DNA from: Acidimicrobiia bacterium
GTDB taxonomy: Bacteria; Actinomycetota; Acidimicrobiia; IMCC26256; PALSA-555
Direction: 5' to 3'
Assembly (NCBI GenBank): GCA_009694435.1
Contig: SHUY01000002.1
Coordinates: 1-60,820, forward strand
Length of the DNA: 60,820 nt
In this document: piece by piece, positions 27,847-39,287 of the stretch
Position numbering within the stretch: position 1 is the first letter of the stretch
How the letters are laid out: each line of letters begins with the position of its first letter
The notes under the pieces: model-generated
The model's input: the letters and a program-made list of their open reading frames with translations, nothing else
Database searches by the model: none
What the model was told of the DNA's origin: nothing
Position numbers and translations under genes: made by a program

Positions 27847-28878
27847 ATGAGCCAACCCGCGACCTCTAATTACTCTCTCGTTAGCGAGCTCCCCACGCCC
27901 GCGCTCGTGGTTGACTCCGCTCGCCTCGACCACAACTTGGCCGCACTAGCCGCAGCACGCCCGGGGCGCACCGCTCGTCCCCACGTCAAGGCGCACAAGT
28001 GCACCGCTCTAGCCCGGCGCCAACTCGCCGTCGGCCACGACGCTTTCACCTGCGCTACCCCCCGAGAGATGATCGGCATGGCTCGAGCCGGACTCGGAGC
28101 CGACTTGCTCTTAGCTAACGAGGTGATCGACCCGTTCCGACTCGAGGCTTTGGCCGCACTCGACGCGCGCGTCACCATCGCGGTTGACTCTCCCGCCACG
28201 ATTGCCGCCGCCGCGGCTGCGGGTTTACGCGAATGCTTAGTGGACGTCAATGTCGGACTTCCCCGCGCGGGTTGTTCTCCCGCCGACGCCGGTCGACTCG
28301 CCGATGACGCGCGCAATGCGGGCCTGAGCGTGCGCGGAGTAATGGGATACGAGGGCCACACCGTCGGAATCGTCGATCGCGTCGAGCGAACCGAAAAGAC
28401 TGCTACTGCGATGGCCATTCTTGCTCAAGCCCACTCGGAAGTAGGAGGAGAAATCGTCTCGGCCGGCGCTACGGGCACCTTCGACATCAACTCGGTGGCC
28501 ACCGAAATTCAAGCCGGTTCCTACGCCCTCATGGACAGCGCCTACGACGATCTTGGTCTCCCGTTCGTTACCGCGTTAGAAATCATCGCCACCGTGATCT
28601 CGGTCTCGCCGAGCGAGGGCTACGCGGTAGCCGACGCGGGGCTCAAAGCGCTGGGCATGGACCACGGCAACCCCCGCTTAAATGGTTACCAGGTGTGGTT
28701 TTGTTCCGACGAACACATCACTTTTGGCCCCGATGAAGCCTCCCTCCCCGCGGTCGGCGATCGAGTGGCTATCACTCCCGCCCATGTCGACCCCACCGTG
28801 GCCTACCACGAAACCCTCTTCGTTACCGAAGGCGAACGAGTAGTTGAAGCCTGGGCCGTCGACCTACGGGGCTGGTAG
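27847..28878 (+). CDS. alanine-racemase-N-domain PLP enzyme of the D-threonine aldolase / D-serine dehydratase-like (DSD1) family
   Basis: RPHVKAHKC PLP-lysine motif and a C-terminal HVDPTV metal/His motif. Confidence 0.65.
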   Translation: MSQPATSNYSLVSELPTPALVVDSARLDHNLAALAAARPGRTARPHVKAHKCTALARRQLAVGHDAFTCATPREMIGMARAGLGADLLLANEVIDPFRLEALAALDARVTIAVDSPATIAAAAAAGLRECLVDVNVGLPRAGCSPADAGRLADDARNAGLSVRGVMGYEGHTVGIVDRVERTEKTATAMAILAQAHSEVGGEIVSAGATGTFDINSVATEIQAGSYALMDSAYDDLGLPFVTALEIIATVISVSPSEGYAVADAGLKALGMDHGNPRLNGYQVWFCSDEHITFGPDEASLPAVGDRVAITPAHVDPTVAYHETLFVTEGERVVEAWAVDLRGW

Positions 28879-28887
28879 TTTTTTGTC

Positions 28888-30345
28888 ATGACGGACGAAC
28901 TGGCTTTTCTCGATGCCGTAGACCAAAGAGAACTGGTCACTAAAGGCGAGATGACCGCGCTCGAACTTGTAGACGCCGCTATCTCCCGAGCCGAATCGCT
29001 TAACCAAGAACTAAACGCAATCATTCATCCCCGCTACGAAAAAGCGCGGGCCGAAGCGGCTAGCGCTACCGGACCATTTGCGGGGGTGCCGATCGTGCTT
29101 AAAGATCTTGACGGCGCTCTGGCGGGCGAATCGTGTCACTTGGGCAATAAGTTGCTCAAAGAAATGAATTACGTCGACACCGATGACGATTACCTCTTCG
29201 CCAAACTGCGAGCCGCAGGATTTATCCCTATAGGAAAAACCAATACCCCCGAATTCGGGTTGATGCCCACCACCGAACCCGAGGCTTACGGTCCTAGTCG
29301 CAATCCTTGGAACACCGCCTACAGCACCGGCGGGTCAAGCGGTGGCACCGCCGGGGCCGTGGCTTCCGGCATCGTTCCTCTCGGACACGCGGGTGACGGT
29401 GGCGGGTCGATTCGCATTCCGGCTAGCGCGTGTGGTCTTTTTGGACTCAAGCCCAGCCGGGGCAGAATCTCAATGGGCCCCGAACTGGGTGAGGCCTGGG
29501 GAGGGCTAGTAGTCCGCCACGTTTTGACTCGTTCCGTGCGCGACAGTGCGGCCGTGCTCGACCTACTCGCGGGCCCCATGCCCGGAGACCCTTATACCGC
29601 ACCACCTCCCGGTCGACCCTACGCCCGCGAATTGGGAGTCGACCCCGGGCGACTCCGTATTGGCCTGCGCACCCACGCCCCGAGCGCCCTCGCCGAAACC
29701 GACCCCGAGTGTGTGGCGGCCGGAGAGGACGCCGCTCGTCTGCTCGAATCGCTGGGTCATAGTGTCGAAATCGCCTCCCCCGCCGCGCTGGAAGAAACCA
29801 GTTTGATGAGCGACTTCACTGCGTTGCTCTCCACCGGCGTGGTGTCAGAGATCGAACACCTAGCTAAGTTAGTGGGACGCGAAATTGGCCCAGATGACGT
29901 CGAACCCCTCACTTGGGCGCAATACGAAATGGGTTGCAACTATTCGTCGGGTGATTACCTTCGCGCCATCACCAGCGCGCACGCTTGGACTCGACGCGTT
30001 ATCCAATGGTTTACCGCCGAGGTGGACGGCGGGCAAGGCTTCGATCTTTTGCTCACTCCGACCATGGCCGAACCTCCGGCGTTACTGGGCGACTTGGTGG
30101 GCACCACCGACGATCCGTGGCGCGCGCTCGGGCGGGCGACTCCGTTTGCCGCTTACACCGCTCCGTTCAATGTGACCGGTCAACCGGCAATATCGGTTCC
30201 GCTCTACTGGGAAGCTAGTCGCGACCTACCCATCGGAGTTCAGCTCGTCGCTAACCAATACCGTGAAGATTTACTAATCCAAGTCGCGAGCCAACTCGAA
30301 ACCGCTCGGCCGTGGGCCGGCCGGCGACCTCCGGTTCACGCTTAG
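28888..30345 (+). CDS. amidase (amidase-signature family)
   Basis: [11 protein letters not shown] signature and the Ser-cisSer-Lys pattern. Confidence 0.85.
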   Translation: MTDELAFLDAVDQRELVTKGEMTALELVDAAISRAESLNQELNAIIHPRYEKARAEAASATGPFAGVPIVLKDLDGALAGESCHLGNKLLKEMNYVDTDDDYLFAKLRAAGFIPIGKTNTPEFGLMPTTEPEAYGPSRNPWNTAYSTGGSSGGTAGAVASGIVPLGHAGDGGGSIRIPASACGLFGLKPSRGRISMGPELGEAWGGLVVRHVLTRSVRDSAAVLDLLAGPMPGDPYTAPPPGRPYARELGVDPGRLRIGLRTHAPSALAETDPECVAAGEDAARLLESLGHSVEIASPAALEETSLMSDFTALLSTGVVSEIEHLAKLVGREIGPDDVEPLTWAQYEMGCNYSSGDYLRAITSAHAWTRRVIQWFTAEVDGGQGFDLLLTPTMAEPPALLGDLVGTTDDPWRALGRATPFAAYTAPFNVTGQPAISVPLYWEASRDLPIGVQLVANQYREDLLIQVASQLETARPWAGRRPPVHA

Positions 30346-30350
30346 ATTAT

Positions 30351-31379
30351 TTATCCGCCAGAAATATCTTGCGGCCGAGCCTTGCCCGCGCCGATCCACG
30401 GCATCATCGACCGCAACTGCTCGCCCACTTCCTCGATCGGGTGCTCGGCCCCTTTGCGCTGCAAAGCGTTGAACACCGGACGGCCGGCTTTGTTTTCCAA
30501 GATCCACTCGTTGGCAAACTTGCCCGTCTGGATCTCGTCCAGCACCCGCCTCATTTCGGCCCGAGTTTCCTCAGTAATAATGCGCGGTCCTCGAGTCATG
30601 TCACCGTATTCCGCGGTGTCAGAAATCGAGTAGCGCATGTTGGTAATGCCCCCCTCGTAAATGAGGTCCACAATGAGTTTCACTTCGTGCAGAGTCTCGA
30701 AGTAAGCCGACTCAGGCTGGTAGCCCGCGTCCACCAAAGTGTCGAAGCCCGCCTTGATGAGTTCGACCACTCCACCGCACAACACGGTCTGCTCACCGAA
30801 GAGATCGGTTTCAGTTTCTTCTTGAAAAGTGGTGTCAAGCACTCCGGCCCGAGTGGCGCCAATCGCGCGGGCGTAAGCCAAGGCCGTGCCTTTAGCTTTA
30901 CCCGACTCATCCGCCGAAACCGCCACCAGCGCAGGAACGCCGCCGCCTTCTTCAAAGGTTCGTCGCACTAAATGACCTGGGCCTTTAGGGGCGATCATCC
31001 ACACGTCGATACCCTTAGGGGGGCGAATCTGGCCAAAGTGAATATTAAATCCGTGCGCAAACGCCAACGAGTCGCGCTCTTCGAGGTTGGGCTCAATGTC
31101 GCTTTCGTACACACTGGCTTGTTCGGTGTCGGGCAAGAGCACCATAATTATGTTGGCCTCTTTACACGCGTCCGCGATAGTCAGCACCCGCAGACCCGCG
31201 GCCTCGGCTTTACTCCACGAACTTGAACCGGCCCGAAGGCCAACTCGCACATCAACGCCCGATTCCAACATGTTGAGGGCGTGCGCGTGTCCCTGTGATC
31301 CGTAACCCAATACCGCCACCCGGCGACCCTCTAATAAACCGAGGTCGGCGTCAGCGTCGTAATAAATAGTTGCGGCCAT
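30351..31379 (-). CDS. ilvC: ketol-acid reductoisomerase
   Basis: [16 protein letters not shown] Rossmann motif; 342 aa, class I. Confidence 0.95.
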   Translation of the reverse strand: MAATIYYDADADLGLLEGRRVAVLGYGSQGHAHALNMLESGVDVRVGLRAGSSSWSKAEAAGLRVLTIADACKEANIIMVLLPDTEQASVYESDIEPNLEERDSLAFAHGFNIHFGQIRPPKGIDVWMIAPKGPGHLVRRTFEEGGGVPALVAVSADESGKAKGTALAYARAIGATRAGVLDTTFQEETETDLFGEQTVLCGGVVELIKAGFDTLVDAGYQPESAYFETLHEVKLIVDLIYEGGITNMRYSISDTAEYGDMTRGPRIITEETRAEMRRVLDEIQTGKFANEWILENKAGRPVFNALQRKGAEHPIEEVGEQLRSMMPWIGAGKARPQDISGG

Positions 31380-31440
31380 GAAACTTTTCCTTTCGACCCG
31401 AACCGCAAAGAACGGGTCTAGTCAATAGTTGGATTAGTGA

Positions 31441-31983
31441 TTATGAGGGCTGATCCTTTACCGCCCGCAGGCGAGCGGGTCTGCGGCCAAGTTTAGGCAG
31501 AGCGATGAGACCCGTCCTCTGGATCTCAACGATGCCAAAGGGGGCGAGCAAATCACTCATGGCGTCAAGCTTTTCCGGCCTTCCCGCGACCAAGATGGTA
31601 ATGGCGTCATAGCCCACATCTTCAATACGAGCCTCGAAGATGGCCGCCAGTTCAGTGATCTGGGAGCGAACCTCCGACGACGATTTCACCGTCACCAACA
31701 TCAACTCGCGTTCAACCGCTTGGTCGGGTGAGAGTTCTTGAATTTTTATGACCGGAATCAACTTGTTGAGTTGCTTGGTCACCTGCTCGAGCGGAGCCGA
31801 ATCGGCATCAACCACGATGGTCATGCGGCTGTAGTTTTCGTCTTCGGTGGGGCTGACCGCTAAGGACACGATGTTAAAGCCGCGCCGAGCAAACAAACCC
31901 GAAACGCGCGTGAGCACACCAAATTTATTCTCCACCAGCACCGCCAAAATATGGTGCTTGGGAGCAAGCTCGCCGTTCATCAC
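31441..31983 (-). CDS. ilvN: acetolactate synthase small (regulatory) subunit
   Basis: ACT domain (HILAVLVENKFGVLTRVSGLFARRGFNI). It overlaps ilvB by 4 nt. Confidence 0.9.
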   Translation of the reverse strand: MMNGELAPKHHILAVLVENKFGVLTRVSGLFARRGFNIVSLAVSPTEDENYSRMTIVVDADSAPLEQVTKQLNKLIPVIKIQELSPDQAVERELMLVTVKSSSEVRSQITELAAIFEARIEDVGYDAITILVAGRPEKLDAMSDLLAPFGIVEIQRTGLIALPKLGRRPARLRAVKDQPS

Positions 31984-33722
31984 TTACCCCGCAGTCGTTC
32001 GGTGTCCGGATCGATTATGACATCGCTATTTGATGTACCCGCGGCCACCATCGGGAAAACTTTCTCCCGATAGTCGGTACGAAAATCAATAACCACTGGC
32101 CGGTCATCGATCTCGTTGGCTTTTTCAATCGTCGGACCCACGTCTTCGGGTGAATCCACGCGAAAGCCCACGCAACCCATCGCCTCAGACCACTTCACGT
32201 AGTCGGGAAGATCCGGAGACAGATAAACCTCGCTGTAGCGCTCTTGGTAGAACATCTCTTGCCACTGGCGCACCATTCCGAGATAGGCGTTGTTGAGGAT
32301 CGCGATCTTGACCGGGATCCGCTCGGCCGAAGCCGTAACCAACTCTTGCGCGGTCATCTGAAAACAACCGTCGCCGTCGACCGCCCAAACCGTGCGCTCG
32401 GGCATACCCACCTTGGCCCCGATGGCCGCGGGCACAGCAAAGCCCATCGTGCCCAAACCGCCCGAATTAATCCAGGTGTAAGGGTGATTAAAGGTCCAGC
32501 GCTGACTGGTCCACATCTGGTGCTGCCCCACCCCCGAGGCCACGATGGTGTCGTCGGGGCTGAGCGCCCCCAGTTGGTCAATACAAAACTGCGGCTTGAG
32601 CGGGCCGTCATCAAACTGCTCGTAGACCAACGGGTAGCGCTCTTGATAGTCGCGCAAATGATTGCGCCACTTCTCAATTGACGGCCAACGCGAACCACTT
32701 TTCTTACTCTTTTTGTCTTGGTCGGCTCGCACCGCTTTGATCATCTCTTCGATAACTAAACGACAATCACCCAGAAGTGCGACATCGGGGCGTCGCACTT
32801 TCCCCAACTCCGCCGGGTCAATATCAACATGAATAATCTTGGCCTCCGGAGCAAACCCGTCTAGTTTGCCGGTAACGCGATCATCAAAGCGCGAACCCAA
32901 CGCAATTAGCAGATCAGATTCTTGCATGGCGGTAACCGCGGTGTAGTTGCCGTGCATTCCCGGCATCCCTAAACACAATTCGTGATCGTCGGGAAATGCG
33001 CCGCGGGCCATGAGCGTGGTCACCACCGGAAAGCCAGTCATTTCGGCCAACTCGCGTAGAGCCGCTGCTGCTCGGGCTTTTAAGATTCCTCCCCCCGCAT
33101 AAATAATCGGACGCTTGGCCTCGCCCATCAGGCGCGCCGCTTCCTTGATCTGCTTGGGATGGCCCTCGGTGGTGGGCTGGTAACCCGGTAGGTCGATAGC
33201 CTCGGGCCAATACCAATCCATTTCCTGCATGGCGATGTCTTTGGGCACATCGACGACCACTGGACCGGGCCGCCCCGTCGTGGCCACATGAAACGCCTCT
33301 CGCACAACTCGAGGAATGTCTTGGGCGTCGGTGATGAGCCAGTTGTGCTTGGTAATGGGCATAGTGATGCCCACCGTGTCGCACTCCTGGAAGGCGTCGG
33401 TGCCAATAACCGAATAGGGAACTTGACCGGTGATCACCACCAGCGGGATCGAATCCATATAGGCATCGCAAAGCGGGGTGACGATGTTGGTGGCCGCGGG
33501 GCCACTCGTGACCATGGCCACGCCCGGGCGACCCGTGGCGTGGGCGTAACCCTCGGCCATATGGCCCGCCCCTTGTTCGTGACGCACCAAAATGTGGCGG
33601 ATCGAAGAATCAATGAGTGGGTCGTAGACCGGCAAAATCGCGCCCCCGGGCAGGCCAAACATAACCTCGGTGTTTTCCATTTCGAGGCTCTTGATGAGGG
33701 CTTGGGCTCCAGTAAGTTTCAT
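31980..33722 (-). CDS. ilvB: acetolactate synthase large subunit
   Basis: 580-aa ThDP/FAD enzyme (GAQALIKSLE..., GGLGTMGFAVPAAIGAK, DGDGCFQM). Confidence 0.95.
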   Translation of the reverse strand: MKLTGAQALIKSLEMENTEVMFGLPGGAILPVYDPLIDSSIRHILVRHEQGAGHMAEGYAHATGRPGVAMVTSGPAATNIVTPLCDAYMDSIPLVVITGQVPYSVIGTDAFQECDTVGITMPITKHNWLITDAQDIPRVVREAFHVATTGRPGPVVVDVPKDIAMQEMDWYWPEAIDLPGYQPTTEGHPKQIKEAARLMGEAKRPIIYAGGGILKARAAAALRELAEMTGFPVVTTLMARGAFPDDHELCLGMPGMHGNYTAVTAMQESDLLIALGSRFDDRVTGKLDGFAPEAKIIHVDIDPAELGKVRRPDVALLGDCRLVIEEMIKAVRADQDKKSKKSGSRWPSIEKWRNHLRDYQERYPLVYEQFDDGPLKPQFCIDQLGALSPDDTIVASGVGQHQMWTSQRWTFNHPYTWINSGGLGTMGFAVPAAIGAKVGMPERTVWAVDGDGCFQMTAQELVTASAERIPVKIAILNNAYLGMVRQWQEMFYQERYSEVYLSPDLPDYVKWSEAMGCVGFRVDSPEDVGPTIEKANEIDDRPVVIDFRTDYREKVFPMVAAGTSNSDVIIDPDTERLRGK

Positions 33723-33763
33723 TTTATTCTCGCTTCAGGGTTGGTTTGCGGGACGGATGGCCA

Positions 33764-33792
33764 CTAAAAAACCCCCCGCTAAGGCGAGGGGC
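33764..33792 (-). terminator. attenuator terminator of the ilvBNC leader
   Basis: On the minus strand, CCCCTCGC-CTTA-GCGGGGGG forms an 8-bp stem with one G-U pair, followed by TTTTTT. It lies about 40 nt upstream of the ilvB ATG. An alternative hairpin GCGCACGC...GCGTGCGC lies just upstream. Confidence 0.7.
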
Positions 33793-33821
33793 GAAGCGCA
33801 CGCGCGTAGAGACGGCGTGCG

Positions 33822-33866
33822 CTACGTAACTAGTACTACTACGGCAAAATCACGGGTGTTGTTCAT
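33822..33866 (-). CDS. ilvB leader peptide MNNTRDFAVVVLVT
   Basis: 14 codons with an AGGAG SD just upstream. It has a run of five consecutive Val/Leu codons (VVVLV) and a TAG stop directly before the hairpins. Confidence 0.65.
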   Translation of the reverse strand: MNNTRDFAVVVLVT

Positions 33867-33929
33867 GACTCCTATTGTGCCTCAATTGGGCTCACCCACG
33901 CAACATCTAATCGTGAGGAATGTGACCGA

Positions 33930-34718
33930 CTAAATCTGGTGCTGGGGACAGAAATAAGTAGTGCGACCGCCTACCTTTTGGCGGCGCAAAGGCGCCCCGT
34001 CGAGCGGGCACGCCCCGCCGGGCAGTCGAGCGACCATGAGATCGCCAGTATGCGATCCGCCCCGGCGACCCAAGGTGCGCAAAGTAGTGCGAATAGCCCG
34101 GTGCAGGCGAGCGAGTTCGCTGGCGTCAAGCGAGTTCGCCGGTCGAGTGGGGTCAAAAGCACCCCGCCACAAAGCCTCGTCGGTGAGCAAGTTCCCGAGC
34201 CCCGCGATGCGCTTTTGGTCCATTAGTACCGCCTTGAGCGGAGCTCGCGACTTACTCACCGCGGCGCGTAAGTCAACGAGACCGAGACTCAAAGCGTCGG
34301 GGCCGAGACGATCCTCGTCGGCATCAAATACCACCGCCCCCAAGCGTCGGGGGTCACGTAAAGCCAACCGTCCGCCGTCAGCAAACACGACCGCAAAGCG
34401 GTACCACTCTTTTGCGTCCCGATTCGAAGCGTAAAGCAGTGGGTCGCCCGCCGCTTTTCGATCCACCACCACTCGCCCGCTCATGCCGAGATGTAAACCC
34501 ACCACCGGACCCGAAAGGTTGGTGTCAAGGAAAAGTTGCTTACCTCTTCGGCGCGCTCGGATGAATTTATGACCGGGCAAGGCCGCGCGCGCCGCGCGCA
34601 AAGTCAGACCCCCTTTGAGGTACCACGCGTCGGTGGCCTCCACCGAAACAATTTTGCGCTTAAGCGCGCTCTCCTCAAGAACTAAGCGTGCGGCTTCGGC
34701 TTCAAGAATCTCCGGCAC
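33930..34718 (-). CDS. Fpg/Nei family DNA glycosylase
   Basis: N-terminal MPE (catalytic Pro2, Glu3), an H2TH region and a C-terminal Cys-containing zinc-finger-like end (CPLDG...FCPQHQ). Confidence 0.8.
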   Translation of the reverse strand: MPEILEAEAARLVLEESALKRKIVSVEATDAWYLKGGLTLRAARAALPGHKFIRARRRGKQLFLDTNLSGPVVGLHLGMSGRVVVDRKAAGDPLLYASNRDAKEWYRFAVVFADGGRLALRDPRRLGAVVFDADEDRLGPDALSLGLVDLRAAVSKSRAPLKAVLMDQKRIAGLGNLLTDEALWRGAFDPTRPANSLDASELARLHRAIRTTLRTLGRRGGSHTGDLMVARLPGGACPLDGAPLRRQKVGGRTTYFCPQHQI

Positions 34719-34724
34719 CGTTAC

Positions 34725-36401
34725 CTAAAAGTTAGTTACGGCGCCCTTCTCGGCTCCTTGGGCCAAGCGGGCGTACTTGGCGAGAAAACCGCTGGTGTAA
34801 CGCGGTTCGATCGGCTTCCAATTTTTACGCCGAGCAGCCAAAGTGGCTTCGTCGACCAACAGGTCGAGGGTGTGGGTGTCGGCGTCAATGACGATCTGGT
34901 CGCCGTCTTGAACTAACGCAATCGGCCCGCCGTCGAGCGCCTCGGGAGAAACGTGGCCCACACAAAACCCGTGGGTGCCGCCCGAAAATCGCCCGTCGGT
35001 AATAAGCGCCGCGTCGCCGCCGCGCCCCGCGCCCTTCATAGCCCCAGTAACCGCCAGCATTTCTCGCATACCAGGCCCGCCCTTGGGTCCTTCGTAACGA
35101 ATCACCACAATGTCGCCCGCTTTGATTTTGCCGGCCAAGATTTCTTCCATAGCCAACTCTTCGCCGTCGAACACTCGGGCCACGCCCTCAAAACGAGCCC
35201 GGTCGAGCCCGGCAACCTTCACCACGCTGCCCTGCGGCGCCAACGAGCCGCGCAAAATAGCGATCCCCCCTTGAGCGTTAATCGGATCGGAAAGCGGGTG
35301 GACCACAGTCCCGTCGGGCGCGGGCGGATCAATGAGATCAAGGTTCTCGGCGATCGTCCGGCCAGTGACGGTCATAGCGTCACCGTGCAAAAGGTCGGCG
35401 TCGAGAAGCATGCGCATCACTAACCCCACCCCACCCACTCGATCGAGATCGACCATGTGAAAACGCCCGTGCGGTTTCATGTCGGCTACGTGGGGAACTT
35501 TGGCCCCAATGCGATTGAAGTCGTCAAGCTCAAGGTCTACTCCCGCTTCAAACGCAATCGCCAGTAGATGTAAAACCGCGTTAGTCGAGCCCCCCAGCGC
35601 CATCGTTACCGCGATGGCGTTTTCGAAAGCCTCTCGAGTCATGATTTGGCGAGGCCGCAAACCGGTACGCAACATCTCGACTACGGCTCGACCGCTCTCA
35701 AAAGCGAAATCGTCTCGACGCGAGTCGGGGGCGGGGGCGCACGAGCTACCCGGCAGCGACATACCCAGCGCTTCCGCGATTGAAGCCATGGTATTGGCAG
35801 TGAACATTCCCGCACACGAACCTTCGCTCGGACACGCGCGGCGCTCGATCTCACCCAATTCGTTTTCGGTTATCGTGCCCGCCGCGCACGCCCCCACAGC
35901 CTCAAATACGCTTACGATGTCAAGGGTTTGGTCACCGTAGTGACCGGGCAAAATCGATCCCCCGTATAGAAAGACCGAGGGCAAATTGAGCCGAGCCGCG
36001 GCCATGAGCATCCCCGGCAAACTCTTGTCACAACCCGCCAGCGTGACCATGGCGTCAAAGCGTTCACTGTGCATCACGCACTCCACCGAGTCGGTAATAA
36101 TCTCGCGCGACACCAAAGACCCTCGCATACCTTCATGACCCATTGAAATCCCGTCGCTAACGGCAATCGTCACAAACTCAAGCGGGAATCCCCCGGCGTC
36201 CCGCACGCCTTCTTTGGCTCGTTTCGCCAAACGATCGAGCGGCAGATTGCACGGGGTTACTTCGTTCCAACTTGAGGCCACCCCAACTTGAGGTTTATTC
36301 CAATCGTCATCAGTCATGCCCACCGCGCGCAGCATCGCCCGCGCCGGCGCTCGCTCCATACCGTCGGTTACATCACGACTGCGGGGTTTCATGTCGGCCA
36401 T
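34725..36401 (-). CDS. ilvD: dihydroxy-acid dehydratase
   Basis: 558 aa with CDKSLPGM and Fe-S ligand motifs. Confidence 0.95.
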   Translation of the reverse strand: MADMKPRSRDVTDGMERAPARAMLRAVGMTDDDWNKPQVGVASSWNEVTPCNLPLDRLAKRAKEGVRDAGGFPLEFVTIAVSDGISMGHEGMRGSLVSREIITDSVECVMHSERFDAMVTLAGCDKSLPGMLMAAARLNLPSVFLYGGSILPGHYGDQTLDIVSVFEAVGACAAGTITENELGEIERRACPSEGSCAGMFTANTMASIAEALGMSLPGSSCAPAPDSRRDDFAFESGRAVVEMLRTGLRPRQIMTREAFENAIAVTMALGGSTNAVLHLLAIAFEAGVDLELDDFNRIGAKVPHVADMKPHGRFHMVDLDRVGGVGLVMRMLLDADLLHGDAMTVTGRTIAENLDLIDPPAPDGTVVHPLSDPINAQGGIAILRGSLAPQGSVVKVAGLDRARFEGVARVFDGEELAMEEILAGKIKAGDIVVIRYEGPKGGPGMREMLAVTGAMKGAGRGGDAALITDGRFSGGTHGFCVGHVSPEALDGGPIALVQDGDQIVIDADTHTLDLLVDEATLAARRKNWKPIEPRYTSGFLAKYARLAQGAEKGAVTNF

Positions 36402-36405
36402 AGGT

Positions 36406-37869
36406 TCAGACTAACCGCTCATCTAGAAGTTGATTCAATAGTTGCGGGTTGCCTTGCCCCTTCGACGCTTTCATCGCTTCCCCCATCAAAAAGCCTCGCT
36501 TCTTTTTCCGCTCTTTGTCGTCGCCCGCGTGATATTGGGCAACGGCATCGGCGTTAGCGGCTATTACCGCATCGAGAATTGTCCCCAACTCACCCGTATC
36601 GCTTACCTGCGCCAACCCCTTTTCGGCTACCACCGCTCGGGGCGACGAGCCATCGGCCACACACGCCGCAAAAACTTCTTGGGCCAAACTACGCGACAGC
36701 GTGCCGTCACCAATCAGGTCGGCCAGATCGGCCAGCCCTGCGGGGTCGAGAGCAATCGCAGCCAGAGTGCGGCCAGTTTCGTTTAAATAAGCCAGAAGAT
36801 CGCCAGTACAAAGGTTGACCACATCTCGGGCCGCTCCGCCGGCCAACGCCGCCACCGCCGCCTCGGCGTAATCAGCCAACCCCGGGACATCAACCAAAAT
36901 GCGAGCATCGGGAAGAGTAATCCCCCACGCTTCGATTAGTCGTTCGCGACGCCGAGCCGGCAACTCGGGTAACGAGTCCCGCACTGCGGCTCGCTGTTCC
37001 GCGGTCGGAGCCACCGGCACCAAATCGGGTTCGGGGAAGTAGCGATAATCACTCGACCCTTCTTTCGAACGCATGCCCGAAGTGCGATTTTCGTTTTCGT
37101 CCCAGTGGCGAGTCTCTTGGATAATCGTCTCCCCCGTCTCGAGCGCTTCAGCCTGCCGATCTATTTCATGATCAATAGCCCGACCCAACGAGCGCAGCGA
37201 GTTCATATTTTTTATTTCGACTTTGGTGCCAAACTCATCGGCCTCTGACGCGCGCAAAGAAATATTGGCGTCAACTCGCATTGATCCTTCTTCCATTTTT
37301 ACGTCCGATACACCAATAGCGAGCAGCACCGCTCGCAGTTCACTGACATAACCACGCGCCTGTTCAGCCGAACGGATGTCGGGACGACTGACGATTTCTA
37401 AAAGCGGAACCCCGGCGCGGTTGTAGTCGACGAGCGAATACTCCGCGTCGTGGATCCGCCCCCCACCCCCCATATGGGAAGACTTCCCGGTGTCTTCTTC
37501 AAGATGGGCTCGCTCAATGCCGATCGTCACCCCATCAACATCGATAACTCCGGCTTGTAAAATCGGTAACTCAAACTGGGTGACTTGGTAGTCCTTGGGC
37601 ATATCGGGGTAAAAGTAATTTTTGCGGGCAAACACCGACTTATCGGGCACGGTGAAGTTGAGCGCCTCGGCCAGTCGGAGGGAAAACTCCACCGCGCGGG
37701 CGTTGAGCACCGGCAGCGACCCGGGCAAACCTAGGCATACGGGGCAAATATTGGTATTAGGCGGGGCGCCAAAAGCGTTAGCACACGAACAGAACAACTT
37801 GGTGTTGGTGGCCAACTCGCAATGCACCTCTAGGCCGATCACCGGCATCCATTGGGTCTTAGTGCTCAT
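36406..37869 (-). CDS. gatB: Asp/Glu-tRNA amidotransferase subunit B
   Basis: [10 protein letters not shown]...KLFCSC N-terminus; 487 aa. Confidence 0.95.
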   Translation of the reverse strand: MSTKTQWMPVIGLEVHCELATNTKLFCSCANAFGAPPNTNICPVCLGLPGSLPVLNARAVEFSLRLAEALNFTVPDKSVFARKNYFYPDMPKDYQVTQFELPILQAGVIDVDGVTIGIERAHLEEDTGKSSHMGGGGRIHDAEYSLVDYNRAGVPLLEIVSRPDIRSAEQARGYVSELRAVLLAIGVSDVKMEEGSMRVDANISLRASEADEFGTKVEIKNMNSLRSLGRAIDHEIDRQAEALETGETIIQETRHWDENENRTSGMRSKEGSSDYRYFPEPDLVPVAPTAEQRAAVRDSLPELPARRRERLIEAWGITLPDARILVDVPGLADYAEAAVAALAGGAARDVVNLCTGDLLAYLNETGRTLAAIALDPAGLADLADLIGDGTLSRSLAQEVFAACVADGSSPRAVVAEKGLAQVSDTGELGTILDAVIAANADAVAQYHAGDDKERKKKRGFLMGEAMKASKGQGNPQLLNQLLDERLV

Positions 37870-39287
37870 GGGGCCGCATCCTCAACCACGCGGGCAACCC
37901 TAAACATTGTCGCCTCAGCCAATGCGGGAGCCAAAATCTGCACCCCAACCGGCATCGAGTCGGCGCCGGTACCCCAAGGCACGCTCATCGCGGGATGTCC
38001 AGCCAAGTTGGTCGGGATCGTGCACACGTCTGACTGATACATCGTCATCGGGTCCGCAGTTCGGTCGCCAAGCTTAAACGCCGTGGTCGGTGAAGTGGGC
38101 GACAACAAAACATCGCAGCCTTCGTACACCCGATTGAAGTCACGGGTAATAAGTGTGCGAACGCGTTGCGCGCGACCGTAGTACGCGTCGTAGTAACCCG
38201 CCGATAAAGCGTAAGTGCCGAGCATGATGCGCCGTTTTACTTCCGGCCCGAACCCTGCGTCACGCGTACGCTCGTTCATGGCCGCCAAGTTCTCACCCTC
38301 AACTCGCAGCCCGTAGCGGACACCGTCGTAGCGAGCCAAGTTTGACGATGCTTCCGCCGGCGCAATCATGTAATACGCCGACAGTCCAAACTGAGTACTG
38401 GGGAGTGAGACTGATTCGATAGTCGCCCCCGCGGCTTCGAGCGCGGCGGCGGCCGCGAGCACCGCCGCCCGCACTTCAAGAGCCACACCGCCGCCGTTGG
38501 TCAACTCATCAATCACCCCAACCCGCAACTTAGCCACTCCGTTTTCGAGGGTCGGAGAAACCGGAGTGAGGGTTTCGGGGATGCTCGTCGAGTCGCGTCG
38601 GTCGTGACCCGAGATCACGTCGAGCAACAACGCCGCGTCCGTCACTGAGGCACCAAAGGGTCCGATTTGGTCGAGACTGCTGGCAAAGGCCACCAGCCCA
38701 TAGCGGGAAACCCTTCCGTAGGTTGGTTTTACTCCCACCACCCCGCACAGGGCCGCGGGCTGACGAATCGATCCCCCCGTGTCCGAACCCAACGCCAACG
38801 GAGCAAACTTCGCCGCCACGCAGGCGGCCGAACCCCCGCTTGAGCCACCGGGAACTCGAGTTGAATCATGAGGGTTACGGGTGGGTCCAAAGGCCGAGTT
38901 CTCGGTCGATGACCCCATAGCGAACTCATCAAGATTAGCTTTCCCGAGCGGAATACCCCCCGCGCGCGTTACCGCATCAACCACCGTGGCGGTATAGGGC
39001 GGCCGCCAGCCTTCGAGAATACGCGAGCCGCAAGTAGTCACCACCCCACGCTGACAAAGATTGTCTTTGAGCACTACCGGCACCCCAGCCAGCGGACCCG
39101 GATCGTTTCCGGCCGCCACCGCCGCATCAACTTCGTCGGCCGCGGCGCGCGCCGCTTGTTCTCCGACTAACAGCAGCGCGTTTAGTTCACCGTTGCCAGC
39201 ATCAATAGTAGCAAGGTAGCCCTCAACCACTTCTCGGGCGCTAACTTCGCCCGCGCGCACTGAGGCCGCGATCTCAATGGCGTTCAC
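37866..39287 (-). CDS. gatA: Asp/Glu-tRNA amidotransferase subunit A
   Basis: Amidase signature GGSSGGSAA. It overlaps both gatB and gatC by 4 nt. Confidence 0.95.
   Translation of the reverse strand: MNAIEIAASVRAGEVSAREVVEGYLATIDAGNGELNALLLVGEQAARAAADEVDAAVAAGNDPGPLAGVPVVLKDNLCQRGVVTTCGSRILEGWRPPYTATVVDAVTRAGGIPLGKANLDEFAMGSSTENSAFGPTRNPHDSTRVPGGSSGGSAACVAAKFAPLALGSDTGGSIRQPAALCGVVGVKPTYGRVSRYGLVAFASSLDQIGPFGASVTDAALLLDVISGHDRRDSTSIPETLTPVSPTLENGVAKLRVGVIDELTNGGGVALEVRAAVLAAAAALEAAGATIESVSLPSTQFGLSAYYMIAPAEASSNLARYDGVRYGLRVEGENLAAMNERTRDAGFGPEVKRRIMLGTYALSAGYYDAYYGRAQRVRTLITRDFNRVYEGCDVLLSPTSPTTAFKLGDRTADPMTMYQSDVCTIPTNLAGHPAMSVPWGTGADSMPVGVQILAPALAEATMFRVARVVEDAAP

Noticed and set aside
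33939-34434. Plus-strand ORFs opposite the fpg/nei gene, and 30312-30971 opposite ilvC
   Set aside because: They are antisense to confidently identified genes, and their composition is typical of non-coding frames.
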